A stretch of DNA of 64,000 nt from Oculina patagonica (lineage: Eukaryota): positions 32,736,001-32,800,000 of the forward strand of contig NC_135763.1 in the NCBI RefSeq assembly GCF_052425735.1. The letters are read 5' to 3'. How positions within the stretch are numbered: the stretch's first letter is position 1; each line of letters opens with the position of its first letter. The notes under the pieces were generated by a model. That model saw only the letters and a program-made list of their open reading frames with translations, searched no databases and was not told the origin of the DNA. The position numbers were made by a program, and so were the translations under genes. Of the stretch, positions 63,359-64,000 are shown piece after piece.

Positions 63359-64000
63359 TAATTAATGAATAATTCGCTAACCATAGGCAGGTTCATCGTG
63401 TAGCATAACTTTAACTGTCCTCTGGCATCCCTGAGGACTATCACGCTGTTCCGTTGTTCTTTACTACCTTGTTTTGTCGCATAATTGTCCATTGTCGCAT
63501 AATTGTGGCGCGCGATAAACCAGAATTTAGTCTCCGCGCTGTTTACTTGTTCGCTCCGGCGAGAATTAATCAATACCGCACAGATATACCCACCATTGAA
63601 TTAAGGTAAAATTTATTTCTTTGTTCTATCTTACAAGTAAGCTTCGATGCAGGCGAAATATCTCAGTGTAAGCAAATCGACTTCAGTGTAGGCGAAACAT
63701 CTCAGATCGATCGTGTCGGTGAATCGACTTGTAGGCGAATCATCCGGATTCCGGCCGCTGAAAGGTCCTGAAACTGAGCAGTACAGTTGTGACAATAGAC
63801 CATTTGCATTATGACGTAAAAGCGCAAAGACTTCTGGTAGTTGTAGTTAGGTTCGCGGGAAAACACCATTTCTGCCTTATGATTGGCTAAGGGCAGCCAA
63901 GCGTGAAGGTGGACATCCAAGACTTTTATTTTGATCTGAAGTTGAGCTGCAAAGTTTACGCTCTTGTTGCTTCGAAATTTGTTTATACATTTATTTTTTC

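Overview
AT-rich, intron-containing animal DNA. The repeat landscape and gene content suggest a cnidarian, probably a stony coral; this is inference only. The core is a head-to-tail pair of paralogous multi-exon genes on the + strand that look immune/apoptosis related. Gene A (~19.4-29.5 kb) has a HEPN (DZIP3-like) ORF, then a frameshift-riddled copy of an unnamed ~330-aa domain, then an intact spliced frame encoding coiled coil - death effector domain (DED) - long disordered linker - CHY/CTCHY zinc fingers - RING-H2 (Pirh2/RCHY1-type E3 module). Gene B (~39.5-50.1 kb) has an intact kinesin-light-chain-type TPR array, the same unnamed domain intact, a coiled coil, a DED with a 6-aa deletion and a linker with a duplicated WERxGARPxDR motif; it stops exactly where A's CHY-RING begins. 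The two copies have lost complementary halves. The rest is transposon-derived: an AcademH-like element with a RecQ helicase remnant and 9-bp TSD, related 9-10-bp-TSD elements, a CAC-ended element with a 3-bp TSD in B's likely 5' UTR exon, tRNA-derived SINEs, many TA-flanked MITEs, a young 5'-truncated RTE LINE, a CR1/L2-like 3' end, and a ~2.8-kb 11-bp satellite. All gene models were spliced by eye; no database searches were run.
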